A DNA stretch of 60,739 nucleotides, the filler included, from Sphacelaria rigidula (taxonomy: Eukaryota): assembly GCA_964200075.2 (NCBI GenBank). It is 10 parts of 10 records of this genome, joined end to end, with 100 filler letters (N's around TTAATTAATTAA, not from the genome) between each part and the next. Parts side by side here need not be neighbours in the genome. Positions count along the whole stretch, not along the records: positions 36,505 to 42,488 come from CAXNAA020023014.1; positions 42,589 to 48,572 come from CAXNAA020023015.1; positions 48,673 to 54,656 come from CAXNAA020023016.1; 7 more parts are not named here. The stretch is one strand, 5' to 3'. Positions 38,230 through 50,760 of this stretch are shown piece by piece. A program made the translations under genes and the position numbers. Position 1 is the first letter of the stretch; each line of letters begins with the position of its first letter. Under the pieces are notes generated by a model. It ran no database searches, had not been told where the DNA came from, and worked only from the letters and a program-made list of their open reading frames with translations.

Positions 38230-38475
38230 ACACCCCCCAAAACAACCCACCTCTCCCTCCCTCCCCCCCCCTTCATTTTCCTTTTNNNNNNNNNNACAAA
38301 TCCCCCCCCAACCCTGACGCTCCCCCCCCCCCCCCGGCCCCTTCCTCCGATTATTTCGGTGAAAAAACCCCCCCCCCCCCCCCCCCTCCAAACCTCAGTC
38401 CATTTTAGCACACGGATGCCATCGAATGTCTCCCTTCTTCCCAATATTTTGCTGTTGCACAAGACCTTTTCCACC

Positions 38476-38700
38476 TAAAGCCGTGTTGCAGAGGCCGACT
38501 ATTTTTTTTATCGTTATTTTGTTTGGTTTTTTCTTGTCTTCAATCTACTCCCCGCGTCTGGTCCACCTTCTTGTCTTCTCCATTTTCCTTCAGCCAGTGT
38601 TTCTCTTTTTTTTTTTATCTCTTAACGTCCATCATATGACCACGGCTGGATTCCTGGGGTATCAGTTGATGTGCGACAGTCAATCAAGTAATCAATCAAT
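38476..38700 (+). mobile_element. 3' end of a non-LTR retroposon with (CAAT)n tail
   Basis: T-rich region, then ATGACCACGGCTGGATTCCTGGGG...GATGTGCGACA and CAATCAAT. Related minus-strand ends near 16615, 27230, 34662, 52660 and 53300. Confidence 0.6.
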
Positions 38701-38894
38701 CCACGGGAGTGTCAGGTTTCATTTCAGGCTGCGGGAGCTAGAGCGGTTAACCTCTGGACTGCGAGCTTCACCTCGGAATAACTTCGCCGACTGACATTGC
38801 GTGGATTTCCAGGGTTTCCAGTGGGTAGCGGGTGGTGCTTGACGGACGTTGGCTGCCTGTCCCTAGAACAACTGAAAATGCCAAGGGCAGGCCG

Positions 38895-39130
38895 GGTAGG
38901 GTATTAGTCATGAATACTCGGGTAAAATACCCGGGTATTTACTCTACCCAATATTTGGGTTGATTAGGTACCACCTCAAATACTTTACATGAATTTTGGG
39001 TTCATCGGGTATGATCTCAACACTATACCCAAATAGTGAGGGAGCACTCTCAGCAGTACCAGGTTATAGAGTATGACTCGGGTATGACCTCAATACCCTC
39101 CCCAAATATTGGGTTGATTTGGTACTCTGA
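38895..39130. repeat. TACCCGGGTA-rich repeat shared (inverted) with 51285-51415
   Basis: AAATACCCGGGTATTTAC core and ATTTGGGT sub-repeats occur in both. Confidence 0.65.
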
Positions 39131-39159
39131 GGAAGATACCTCTTTGCAGTGACATGTCA

Positions 39160-42100
39160 GAGACTGATGCCACACATGTATGAAAAACCAGCGCAAGCAG
39201 GTATAAGGTAGGAACGGTCCGGGTAGGCCACATCACCGAGGACCCTGTAATGACAACGAATCTAAACAACTCGGGATGGTGCCAGGAAGAGCCTAATATT
39301 AGGACGGTCCAACATTCCCCGAGAAACTGGTCGCCTCCGGCGACCACTCCCTCTCTGACTCGACTTGTTGCCTACATCTCACAAGAGGAAATCACCGTCA
39401 GCCTCGGAGTTCCTTCGGCATCAGGACGACACCTCTCAAGACAGCCGCCTCCATAGTCTGTCTACCCTAGCGATACGTCTTCCTTACATCGGTGACACCA
39501 GAAAAAAAAACTCAAGCAAGACACTCAGTAGAAGGGCACACGACTTTCCACCATGCCAAGAAGAAAGCCATCCCACAAACAATCCACCACGATAATCACT
39601 CAAAAAAGGGACACCACAAGGCCCATCGAACATCCCTCTACGGCTGTCACACCATCGACGTCCACCTCGGTGGCAAAGGCGGTAGAGTCAAGAGGCACAG
39701 CCCAACCAGCGGTACCTCCGCCGACTGACACGACTCTGTCAGCCCAACCACCATACAGCCACGAGGAGGAAAATGACAGCGGCGACTCCGACTACTCCGA
39801 ACAGAGTACGGATATCCGTCAGGTGTCCACCGGACGGTTCGATGTGTTACGCGATTCCACCACATCATCCTCATCTTCTATGCCAACCCCTACACCACAG
39901 TCCACGTTGAAGGAAACGGCAGCGGAACACGTATACAGGGCGCTGGAGAGGAGCGATGAGGAGGGAACGGAGCCAGCTCCGTGGGTAATGCAGGCATTGG
40001 GGTTTACGGTACCGCAGGACAAGGGGATCTCACAGGTATCGAAGTCTAGCAACCCAGTGGCATCCGAAACGGCATACGTAAGTAACAGTACGATGCTACA
40101 GAACAATACGGATAACCCCCAGGATAGTGTCAATGATCCAGTGGAAAATTTCGAGGTCGACCTGCCCAACACTACGCCAATCCAATTCACAGAGAGCTCT
40201 GGGGCTCCGACGTCAGATCCGGCGACAAGCCTCAATAACGTTCAGGAGAACAGCCACAACGTACAGACTCTGTCTGGTTCAGTGCTGACTCCGCCAGGTA
40301 CAAGCCACAGCATTTTTCATGAAACAATCGGATCTCCCATCAACGTTAATCCTAGAAGGAAAACGGAGTGAGGACGTGCCGGCAATTCTTGGCGCGTTTC
40401 TCAATCGAGTTAGGATTCATGCCCCCCGACGATTGCACAGAATCCACAGTACAACGTCACGCCATAACACACTCACCACTTATCCTCAGAGTGCCAGCAG
40501 AAAAGTTGTACACCCCCCTCGGAAGCGGAGAAGTAGAGTGGCGTCCACTAGCTGTACTACAAGACCTCCGATCGAAAGGAAACGATACTGCACCCATAAT
40601 CCTGCAAACTTGGACGTGATGAGTAGCGGCCTACACCCATCGCTTCTCTCCACCAAATCGACAAGCACTGTCAGCCCGTGCGATATCTGATCTGAAACAG
40701 AAGACCAAAACGTAGACGACTATGCAATATAATGGATGACTTCGATGGATAGATTCGTGACCGAGGCCTTGCGAGTAAAACCCCCCAGCCACGAGACGCC
40801 TTGTTTCGTGGTAGACGTGATCACAACAGCAGCATTCGAGACCGGGATCAAACCCCATATCAGGGTTGAAATGGTGAGAGAAAACAGTGCGCTCGACTTG
40901 CAAACTGCGACAGCAAAAGCGAAAACACACGAACAACACAACCTCCGCACATAGCCAAATCGAACCGGAGACCCTCCCCATGTCTCAGCCGCAACCGTAA
41001 ATTCCCCACGTGCACAGCTAGCGGAAATGATCGCCGATCATGGCGCAATCGTTACGGACCTCCATTCGCATTCAAAAGCAAATAAAGGGGAGAGAGGCAG
41101 AGTGGAGAAACGGCCAGCTTGCAGATACAGGAGCGCGGGTAGATCAGGGGGAAAGATAAAAAGAGCACGCTTCAAGGACAGTAACGATAAGAGAACGTAC
41201 AGTGACGAGCAGTCGAGCGGTAAAACGGAAAAATCCAGCCGTTGTGAGTACGCACCATGCAGGTACAAGACCCACACGAGACAGCGGATTGCCGCCTTAT
41301 GCAGAGCCATGTAGAGTTTGCCAAAAAGCACAACCAGTGAAGACGCCCAAGAGGAGACCCCCCGTCAGATCAGGGCACAAACGGTGAATCTTCACGTAAA
41401 AAATCGAAGGAAACGAAACAGACGCGAAATCGTCAACCCTCTGGCTCGTAAGATGGAAGAGTATCATTTTTCTGACAGTACAGGGGACCAACCACGGAGA
41501 ATGTGTGAGAGGTCTCGGGTAGAGGTCAAGCACGTACGAAATTAGCAAGAGCAGGGACATAGCAGAGCGCAGAGTACGAATAGCGCATGCGCCGAACAGG
41601 CGCAACGTATATTTTTAGCTCCGCAAGCAGGTTTTGTGAGAAACTCATCGCAGAAGAATAAAAAATCGAAACACCAATCTTCGTTTTCAAACCCGACCCT
41701 GAATGGTCACTGTCATGACTCGTACAGCGCATCATCGCTCGCCAGGTATACAGATGCGCGTCTAGGGCTATCCTGTGCATTAGCCCGTGTGAGAGTCGCA
41801 GCCAGAGTGAACGGCACCCCCCGCGGAAAAAATCACAAATGATTCCGCAACAGATGTGCCCTGTATCAGCAAAACGTTCATAGACAAACACCCGGCCATC
41901 ATGGAAGTTGATATAAACCCGGAATCGCGAGGCTCTATGGATCTCAGAAGCGCGGACGCCTCCCCCATAAAAATCCTAGGGTCCTTTCATTTCGAGCTTA
42001 CCTTATTGATAAGAACCCTTCCAGTAGAGGCGTTACTATTACCTTACCTGGGACCGGATTGTCTATTACTAGACAACTTCATTATGAGTGCCTTCCAAGC

Positions 42101-42420
42101 TATACTCGACTGGCAGGCGGCAGAATTGACATTCCGTGACCTAGTAGAAAAATCAAAGCATCGCATCGAAAACAACAGCGTTCACAAAATACAACACACC
42201 CCGAAACGACGATTTGTTCTGTAGTCAGTGCAAACTATTCAAACGCTGTTCCAGTTTTTCTCACGAAGAACTGCAGTGTGCCTCCGCAGAGTGACTTGTC
42301 AGTATTGCTTGGAACGGAAAATACCCCTTCAACAACAACAGTAGCTGTCGTACAGCCACACCTAATAACCGAAGAGAACAGTCGATCACCCGATGTACCC
42401 CAAGCGTCGCATCATTGTTG
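39160..42420 (+). mobile_element. Degenerate Ty3/Gypsy LTR retrotransposon: gag and aspartic protease region, frameshifted, truncated before RT
   Basis: Broken frames give a gag-like segment (AFETGIKPHIRVEMVRE...LQTATAKAKTHE, 40736-40954), Cys/His knuckle remnants near 41240-41310 and a retropepsin (DSATDVPCIS near 41841 ... LLLDNFIMSAFQAILDW...LTF). Several stops and frameshifts; the 5' boundary is approximate. Confidence 0.8.
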
Positions 42421-42596
42421 CAAGGGTCGGACAAATAATGATTCGTCTGGAAATTACTTGGTTTCAGTATAATGAGTCGAGTCGTGACNNNNNNNNNNNN
42501 NNNNNNNNNNNNNNNNNNNNNNNNNNNNNNNNTTAATTAATTAANNNNNNNNNNNNNNNNNNNNNNNNNNNNNNNNNNNNNNNNNNNNGACTATGT

Positions 42597-42829
42597 CGTG
42601 GGTACACAAAGTTCGACTTCACGGTAGACGAGGGAAAGGGACTACTGAACCCCTCTCGCGATAAAAAAGCAAGGTAAGCACCGCAGAAGAAAGGTGGGGT
42701 ATTAAAAACAAATAAAAAAGAAGCTCCTGTGTTGACCTTCCTCCTGTGTGACCCCGGCTGATGCGCCCTCATATACCGCAAGGTGAAAACTGGTGCCCAG
42801 AATAAACGGGACGACAACACAACACACAC
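42597..42829 (+). mobile_element. SINE family 1, head cut by the contig start
   Basis: Matches about 20435-20675. Confidence 0.85.
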
Positions 42830-42937
42830 ATTACTTATGTTTTTTTTCTTGGGATTCCCGGACAAATTGCGCGGGTAGATGAAAATGTTGAAAACTTAGT
42901 CGCCGGGTTATGACAAAAATCAAAGTCTAAAAAAATG

Positions 42938-43069
42938 CACACCCTGGACAGAATACATTATTAAAAAGTGTACTGCGTACAGTATCGATTATTGCGCCTT
43001 TGGCAACAGACAAACAGATTCGATAGTGTACGCAGTACACGTTGACAATGTAATATCTTGTCCAGGGCG
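42938..43069. mobile_element. ACACCCTGGACA-TIR MITE, short form
   Basis: CACACCCTGGACA...TGTCCAGGGCG; inner stem GTGTACTGCGTACA / TGTACGCAGTACAC. Confidence 0.75.
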
Positions 43070-43083
43070 AGAAAAAATGATAT

Positions 43084-43463
43084 TTTGGAGCTTCCACGTC
43101 ATTTTACGCCCCAAAAGAGAGCTAGGCGGGGTTTGACACCATGGAATGATTTGCTCTACTCGTTGAGGCTGTTACAGGACACCGTCCCGTTCTCCAGTAG
43201 CCGCAGTTTCCTCCTTGTTCAAATTTGGATTTTCGGACAAGGACGGTTAAGAACGCTCAAATCAAGAACAATCGTCATTTTTCTCTGGGCTTGACTTGAC
43301 GGTTCTTGGACAAAAATCTTCGTTGGCCAAAATCAAAACTGGGGCCACCGGAAAACAGGATGACCCGGAACAGCCTCAACTAGTATGATTGAGCAAGTCA
43401 TTCCAAGGTGTCAAACTCCGCCTAGCTCCATTTTAGGCCGTAGAACGACGTAGACGCTCCAAA
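43084..43463. mobile_element. Fold-back element with ~180-bp degenerate arms
   Basis: GAGCTAGGCGGGGTTTGACACCATGGAATGATTTGCTC pairs with GAGCAAGTCATTCCAAGGTGTCAAACTCCGCCTAGCTC; pairing extends to TTTGGAGC / GCTCCAAA. Confidence 0.8.
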
Positions 43464-45113
43464 GAGGCACTTTCCAAGATTTTTATTGCTGTGTGTCATA
43501 AGCATCGGCGGTAACCCCTCAAATTAAGCACCGCGTCACCCGATATACGACGAAAAACACTCTCAGCTAGAGGATCTCGTATACCTTCACCACTGGCGCA
43601 AGGCAGTCCTAGCGCGCAGGACATAACCCGCCGTTACTGCCTCGCCCCCTCTCAGCTTTGTCAATACTGAAGAGGACTTAGCCGGCGGATTATGCTACAG
43701 ATGGTAACTCCGCCACAACCTTTCCCAATGGCCCACTTGCTGATGTTGTGCCCTCCTCATGTCAAGACTGCCCGAAAGTTGGAGGTCGAGCCACAAGTAC
43801 TCATACGGTACACTACGCGTTCGTCCTGAAGTGCTACAGTAGCCGCGAGACAAGCCCAGATTTCCTCATGATAGGTCAAGTATTATGCCGAGTGTTGAGT
43901 GTATCTTCTCTCCACAGCTCTGTTTAAAATCCATGTTCTTCAGAGCATGCACAACTGCACGTCCTGTGTTGTACTGCAACATTAGTATTTGGAACCAGTG
44001 CTTCGTCACTGGGTGTATTCGGCGACTAAGAACGGCTGAATCGAAGTGAACGGAATAGGTTGACCCTGAGTGCTGTCCATACCATCAATTTCACCACCGA
44101 GCCTACACACCCTCTACGAACGGCGTATTATATATCCTACATCCCTCCTCGCAATGACAACGGAGGAAGAGAGGAAACCTCGATGTTACGCACTGGACTC
44201 TTCGCACACTCAGGGTCTGCGAGGTTATGCAGCTGAGAAAGCGTGCGGGGTGGGTGACCTGACCTGTACTTGCATGCTACACAGAGACGACAGGCACTGT
44301 GCAGGGCCGTGACTATGTTTACTATCCTTGCACCCTACACTAGATCATATTATATTAGAACACAACACTAATCAAAAAGAGTACTGTGCATGGGAAGTAC
44401 AAGAAAACGCACCTTGAGCTAAGAGCGCCCGAGCCAGAGTCCCGCCACCAGATACAGGCAACGTCCGTAGAGAGCGAGGGTACCCATGAGCATGGGCGTG
44501 ATGGTGTGTAGGGACCCCGAGGTATGCACGCGGCACGCAACAGCAACAGCAGCAAAGAAAGGACTGACGTCTTCTTTCTTGTTGGTGTTTTTTCTTCTTG
44601 GTAGAGCTTCACGGCACTCATAGGCGAGGCTGACGAGCAGGATATCAAAAAAACTTCAGGAAGCTGTACATTGTCATGCCGGTTAGGTTCTCTGACTGCA
44701 CTCGCGTAAGCTGACTGACGCTTGGATTATCATGAAAGTCTAGTGAGTGTTTCCTCGACAATACGCCGCGGGCGTAGGCGAACTTCAACACGTTACGTAC
44801 CGCTACCTTCATCCTGCTATACCATCGCTAGTGCTCTTTACCTCTGAGAAACACCTGCACGTGGGAACAAATTCACAAGTGCGCGAGCCCCTACAGTACA
44901 GCAGCATCTGTCCTCCGTCCTCGACAGCAGAGTCATCCCATATCATGTGCGAACACCCACGTACGCCATCCCGGTATGGGGGGGTATCAATTGGATCAAC
45001 ATGAACAAACGAACAGACCCCGCGCAGGGCGAGACCCCGAAAGCACTTGATTTTAAAATCAAGTTTCCAAAACGAAAGAGCAGCAACCCTGAACAAGCAG
45101 CAGCAATGCTCAC

Positions 45114-45366
45114 CATACGGAATGTTGATATTCTCCGTTAAGCCAAGCGGGTCAAACCCAAAGTCTCCTACCGCGGTTCCATCCAATGCAGGCGGGGAGT
45201 CCATGAACGGCAACGCCGTGCTCTTTGCCATCATGACGGTGGACGAGCTCGAGGAACCTCGGGCCGAGGAGGTCTTCGCACCGAACGCCCCCTTCGGAGC
45301 AGCAGAAGGCATGAAAGCCTGCGCGCTTCCGGCGCAGCACATAGCAAGAACGGCCACTGACTTCAT
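45114..45366 (-). CDS. Light-harvesting complex (fucoxanthin-chlorophyll a/c binding, LHC family) pre-protein, first exon
   Basis: MKSVAVLAMCCAGSAQAF is a signal peptide with an ASAF-type cleavage motif. A Ser-rich transit peptide follows, then STALPFMDSPPALDGTAVGDFGFDPLGL (LHC GFDPLG motif). The exon ends at donor G|GTGAGC. Confidence 0.92.
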
Positions 45367-46779
45367 TATTCAAGTTAATAAATGAGGTACTGTCTGGGGT
45401 GGATAGGCTGCGTTTGAGTCCAAGCAACGGGTGCTCCCAGGCTTGCTTCGCTTCACGTTGAGAGATCGACCAAGATTCCAGGCGTAAAAACGACGCAGCG
45501 ACGCAGGTTGAACAGATATCTAGCAAAGACAATATATTATTGGTCACAATTACCCCGAATCAAAACTCTTACGAAATTATCCGAAAAAAAACTCGAAAGT
45601 GCTATTGGCCATACTCCAACAAAATATATACAGCCAATACAAAAAGTATCCGGTCTCAGGCACACATCTGCTGTGTAGGAGGTTGCAGATTGTGAACGCA
45701 TAGGAGCTGGAAGATATACCATATAGAAAGGTGAGCATGTATCCTACTTGTCAGTAGATATATATATATATGTAGACGTGTTGATAGTTTTTTTTTTTCC
45801 GTCTCACCTTGGCATCCCACTGTTGCTGTTGGGTGTACTTTGCTTCGGGAAGGAAGGTCGTAGCACCGAAGGTAGTGGACCACTTTGCGGTGTGTTCCGG
45901 CGTTTAGCTGGCTATACACACAGCACAGCACAGCGCGGTACGGTATAGCAGGCAGAGTATGAGTCAAATGATGGGTAATCAAACAACGTCTATAGGGACA
46001 AATATTGTTGTGCAGTGGTTAGGGCCTAGGTGTTTCTGCGCCAAATCTGTTGTAGCCAGCCCAGACTACGGCCAGTACAGGAGAGGACAACATCACGTTG
46101 TAGCAAAATCAACAGGCGGACCCTAGACCCAGCGAAGTGCGAAGCATCGCAACAACAGTCTTAATTATATTCTGTGCGGATTACAGATAATAGGGTCAGT
46201 CCTATACCAACATACTTCGTATTTTTCTCTGTTATTTCGCTGTAATTGGCACGTGTCTTACTTACCGTCAGTTGCTTTGCCTGCTCCAAGCTCTTCCCGT
46301 CTGTGGCATGACAACTCGACTTCCATACGGCACAGTGGTCGCCGGAGAGTCCGTAGGGACCTAAGTGCAAGATGGCTGGATATCCTCATAGCAAACATGC
46401 AGCAGAGACAGTTGGTGGTGGAGTGATTCCATGACGCTCATTGGCTGCTCCGCTACAAACATCTCGTTTTATCAAGAAAAAATGCGGTGGAAAAGAAGTT
46501 TTCATTCTGATAGGTCCACCGCATTTCTGTTCCTAGTTGGCTTCAAAGATTTTCACATTTAGTGGCGCGCGGAGACGGAGTAAAACGCAAAAAGGCCAGG
46601 CTCTTTCGATCGAAACGCATAAAGAGGCACCTGCCTCCTATACTACAGACCACCGGTCTACATACCACCCGTTCACAGAACCATGTAAATTCCATACAGC
46701 TCACCCTCAGCTACTACCGCAACCCTGCAGCATAAAGCACGAGTTGAGGACGGGCATAAATACAGTGCAGTAGTTGGGT

Positions 46780-47259
46780 ATGTGTCGTGTGTTGCCATCC
46801 CATCTATTGTAGACGCCGGTCTACACCTTTCGGTATGAGTGGGCGCACCAGCCGGGGTCACACAAGGGGAAGACCAGCACAAGATTTTTTTCTTTCGTGT
46901 TTGTTCAGTTCTATACCTTCCCTCTGCGGTGCTTGCCTTTATTTTTATTTTTTATCGCGAGAGGGATTCAGCAGTCCCTTTCACTCGTTGATCGTTAAGT
47001 CGAATTCGTGTACCAATAAGATAGTCTCTCTCCAGGGTATGTGAGTTGTTGTGTGTTGTCCAATCTATTCTGGACGCCGGTCTACACCTTTCGGTATGTG
47101 TGGGCGCACCAGCCGAGGTGACACAGCAGGAAGGTCGACACAGGAGTTTCTTATTCTTTGTTTTTACCACTCCGCCCTCCATCTGCGGTGCTTGCCTTTT
47201 TTTTATCGCGAGAGGGGTCCAGTAGTCATCTCTTTTCCTCGTCGACCGTTAAATCGAAT
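46780..47259 (-). mobile_element. Two adjacent headless SINE family 1 copies (46780-47013 and 47050-47259)
   Basis: Both are reverse complements of about 20445-20675. Confidence 0.8.
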
Positions 47260-47560
47260 TAGGGTACTGTATGCCTTGCTTATTTTTGTTGGCGAAGACT
47301 TGAGCATCTTCTTTGATGTAGGGATCAGCGACGGCACTGCGTGGTAGGGTGGCCAACCGACTTGGGTACACACTCATGGACAGTTATGCCGGTGAATAAG
47401 CGGAAGCCTGCAAATTCGCTTGGGCCCAACTCGAAAATAATGAGCGAATTTTGCTCAAATAAAATCCACTGGCTTTTTTGAGATCGAAAAAAAGTTGTGA
47501 TGGGGCACACCCTCACAAGATCGTCATATCCGGAGTGAGGAAACAAGAACACTCGCTATT

Positions 47561-47869
47561 TTTATTTATTTATTTTTGTCGCACTTTGAACCCCTCCCCT
47601 TCCTCGGGAGGAGTTCGGGGTCTCAAGGAATCGACCCATCTCTCCCCGGTATATGCCTTGCATTTTGGTCTCGCGGATTGGGTCAGCATTCCCGCACCGC
47701 GTCAACTCACGTCACACAAATTCACTACTTTGTTCACTCACGTTCTCACGCTTTCCGCGGTGGAATCAGATCTCACGAAGAAAAATCCCAATGCATCGGG
47801 GATCGAGCCCTCGTTCTGTGCACCCTGATGGCGACAATCGGACCATTACACCACCGGGGCGCGGCGGCT
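47561..47869 (-). mobile_element. tRNA-derived SINE family 2, full-length copy
   Basis: Minus strand: A box GGTGGTGTAATGG, B-box-like GGCTCGATCCC, a body ending GAGGGGTTCAAAGTGCGACA and an (AAAT)n tail. Confidence 0.8.
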
Positions 47870-48854
47870 ATTACTGAAGAAAAGAAACGCGGGAAAGGAA
47901 AAAGATGAAGGGGAGACGAAAAAAAAAGGATAAATCTGAAAAGAAGAAAACGAACGATCAACGAATGGTGCCAGAGGCTTGTTCTGGTCCAAACATAACC
48001 CCGAAAGGCTATCCTGTAAGGCCTCACACGAGGAGACCGTACAGTACACAGGGTAAGGCCGTAGGGAAAACGTTACGACTGCGCTATCTAGAGACCGCAC
48101 TATCGGGGTAGAAACTCCCAGCCGCCACTTCTGTAGGAGGGATAAGTGAACGCAATATAAAGTACGCGCAACTCAGGCCAAAAAAGGAGCACAGAGCAAA
48201 GGGAGAAAGGAAAGAAAAAAAAAAAAACATCAAAGGTTTGACCCAGTAGCGTATATCAGATTGCGTAAGCCGCGCACCTCGCCCTCCCTGTTTCGTCTGT
48301 GTGCGTGTTTCGACCTCTCGTCGTTTTTGGTCGACCACCAGGACAGGATCACGTGTAGTCAGGGCTGGTAAATTTCAAACGTGGTACGAGCTGGGCCAGC
48401 CTGAAAACGAGTTTAAGCTCCAAAAGCAATATCTCATCAACACAGACGAGTTGGGGCGTGATCCGCATATCGTATTGATCGTCTAGTCAAGGGGAAGGTG
48501 TCCATCTGCTCAAAAGTTTGGACCCATATTTTCTCGTTGATTAAACCTCATGTCTAGTAATTCCTATACCTANNNNNNNNNNNNNNNNNNNNNNNNNNNN
48601 NNNNNNNNNNNNNNNNTTAATTAATTAANNNNNNNNNNNNNNNNNNNNNNNNNNNNNNNNNNNNNNNNNNNNTTTGGCGGTGTTGTGTGTTTTGTGGTGT
48701 TGTGGGGGGGGGGGGGTGGTGGGGGGGGGGGGGGGGGGCATCGTAGAAAGTGTCACACGCACTATTCCACTATTCTATTCTTTCTGGGGTGCAACTATTC
48801 CACCACTTCTGGGTACAACTATTCTGGTACCTCTGTGTACAACTTTTCAAGGAT

Positions 48855-49096
48855 CGGAGGAATCATCATCCGTGCTAATCACCAAATCTGCGATTTTTTG
48901 AGGCCTGATCGCTCCAATAGAGAAGAAATATGACCGCGGGTATGGAAAATCTCCACCCAATTTTCGCGCTATTCCACGTGCCTACGCGTACCTGGGTTGT
49001 AATGCTGAAAATGTACCTCAAGTGTTGATCCGTTCCGTACGAACAAATCTCGCCAAAACCAAGTAATTTCTAGACGAATCATTGTTTGTCCGACCC
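48855..49096. mobile_element. ~240-bp element with sub-terminal inverted repeats and an end hairpin (Helentron/HINE-like), copy 1
   Basis: Colinear end to end with 52358-52591. Sits inside a ~24-bp ACAACTATTCCACC-type minisatellite (48760-48850 and 49102-49170). Confidence 0.65.
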
Positions 49097-49913
49097 GTGC
49101 TTGACTATTCTGCTCTTTCTGGATGAAACTATTTCACCATCCCTTGGTACAACTCTTACACTACTCCCGGTTAGAATGGCGCGTTGCTTACCATATATCC
49201 TTTTCATTTTGTGCCGGAAGATTTCGGCTCGGCAGCCGGATTTCCCTTCCCTTCGCTTTTACACTTTTTTTTTCATGCTTGATGAGTTGTAGGAATCCCG
49301 GAACTCTTGTTCGATGCGTCCATCATCATGTGTATAATCAAGGTGGGTGTTTTATGCCGTCCGTTCAGAAACGCAATGCTAAGGTGTTGCTCACGCGTAG
49401 GGGGTGGCGTCTTGTGTCCAGGTGTGTGCAGTCGCCTCGGCGTATTGTAGTCTGATGTCTGGTCTACGTAGATCGAGGGTTACGGAAATGTTCTGTTGCA
49501 CATCACCAGGTTGGGACAGGGGCCAGTCTCTGTGCCCCATGCTGCGAGAATGCTGTTGCCCCTCGCTTCACTCTTTTCTTGTTCCCTTTCCTTCACTCTC
49601 ACCCATTCCTGAGGCGAGCTGTTTACGCGATACTTTCTCTCAATCTCTTGATCGGCTATCAGCCGTGTCCATCTTCGGTTTGCGCCCTGCCCTGGTGCCT
49701 GAGGATGAAGGCACGGAACATTATCATCGTCTAAACGCTAGATATTCACAAACCCTTGAACCTCCGTCCATTCCGATGGGATATCGGACACATAGCTTGG
49801 GTCCTACCGAAGACATGGTCTAAATAACACATACCTTCCTCTTGCGTCCATTCCCCCTCCGTGTGATGTACCGTTGTGTCATACTTGCTTGAAACGGCCC
49901 TCCGCGAAAGCAG

Positions 49914-50070
49914 CATACGAGCGCATGCAACGGCCTTTGTAGTGGACGCGGAAAAGGGTCTGCTGTTGACCGCAGCGCACACGTTTCTGAAGGTGGCGAG
50001 GAGTCCAGACCGGCAGTCTGGAGAATGGCGCTACCACGAAGGATGCTCGCCGAGAGCGTGCGTTATTCTC
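49914..50070 (+). CDS. Trypsin-like (S1/HtrA-type) serine protease exon carrying the catalytic His motif
   Basis: cag|C ATA CGA...ATT CTC|gtgagt encodes IRAHATAFVVDAEKGLLLTAAHTFLK... (ATxFVVD and LLTAAH motifs). Possible phase-0 follow-on exons at 50684-50719 (IGTERSKGALGR) and 52112-52237 (YVADAVQ...PVLLQIKLRF) are less certain. Confidence 0.72.
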
Positions 50071-50099
50071 GTGAGTTACCACCCACGGTGAAAATATAG

Positions 50100-50251
50100 A
50101 CATCCTGGATAATGACAAATGTATTACATTGTCGAAAAGTGTATGGCGTACAGTATGGGATATATTTTTGTCTTTTGCAATAGACGCAATAGACCATACT
50201 GTACGCAGTACACTTTTTGACAATGTAATCTGTTGTCATCATCCAGAGTGT
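50100..50251. mobile_element. ACACCCTGGACA-TIR MITE, hairpin form
   Basis: ATTACATTGTCGAAAAGTGTATGGCGTACAGTATGG pairs with CCATACTGTACGCAGTACACTTTTTGACAATGTAAT. Confidence 0.78.
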
Positions 50252-50760
50252 GGAAATGCATCACTCGATGATTTTGTTGGTGTGTTTAGCGTGTTCTGTG
50301 TTTGGTATGTTTTGTGTTCCGCGTGGCTCGAGAGCGTTTTTTTTTTTTTCGTACCCTCTGTTTGCTTTCGTGTCTGTCAAGTCCTTACTTGGTTGTTTCT
50401 TTTGTATACTGCGAATACGCTCATAGTATATTTTGGGTTTTCTCGTGTTGTCATATCTCGGCATATGTACCTGTAGATGTATATACATGTATATCGTGAT
50501 TATCGTGTTTCCCCCTCGTTTTATCCATTTCCTATCAGCTGCTCTTCTTGTCTCCCACCTTTTTGGTTCTCTAAATATCTACAGAGGGAAACGTTTTCTT
50601 TGATTCGTTTTCGTTCTGCGGTCTCGCTTGACCTACTCTTCTTTGGGCGATGGGGATGCATATCACACACGACAGGCGGAAAGATAGGGACAGAACGATC
50701 CAAGGGTGCGTTGGGTAGGGTATTTCACACATTTGAGTATTGAAAAAAATCGCACTCGAA

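Noticed and set aside
38173..38478. Proline-rich extensin/formin-like ORF (also 12113-12772)
   Set aside because: Derived from low-quality poly-C/poly-G tracts next to N gaps.
6496..50070. Functional cluster of coronin, DnaJ, LHC and protease
   Set aside because: Each gene is on a different, artificially joined contig.
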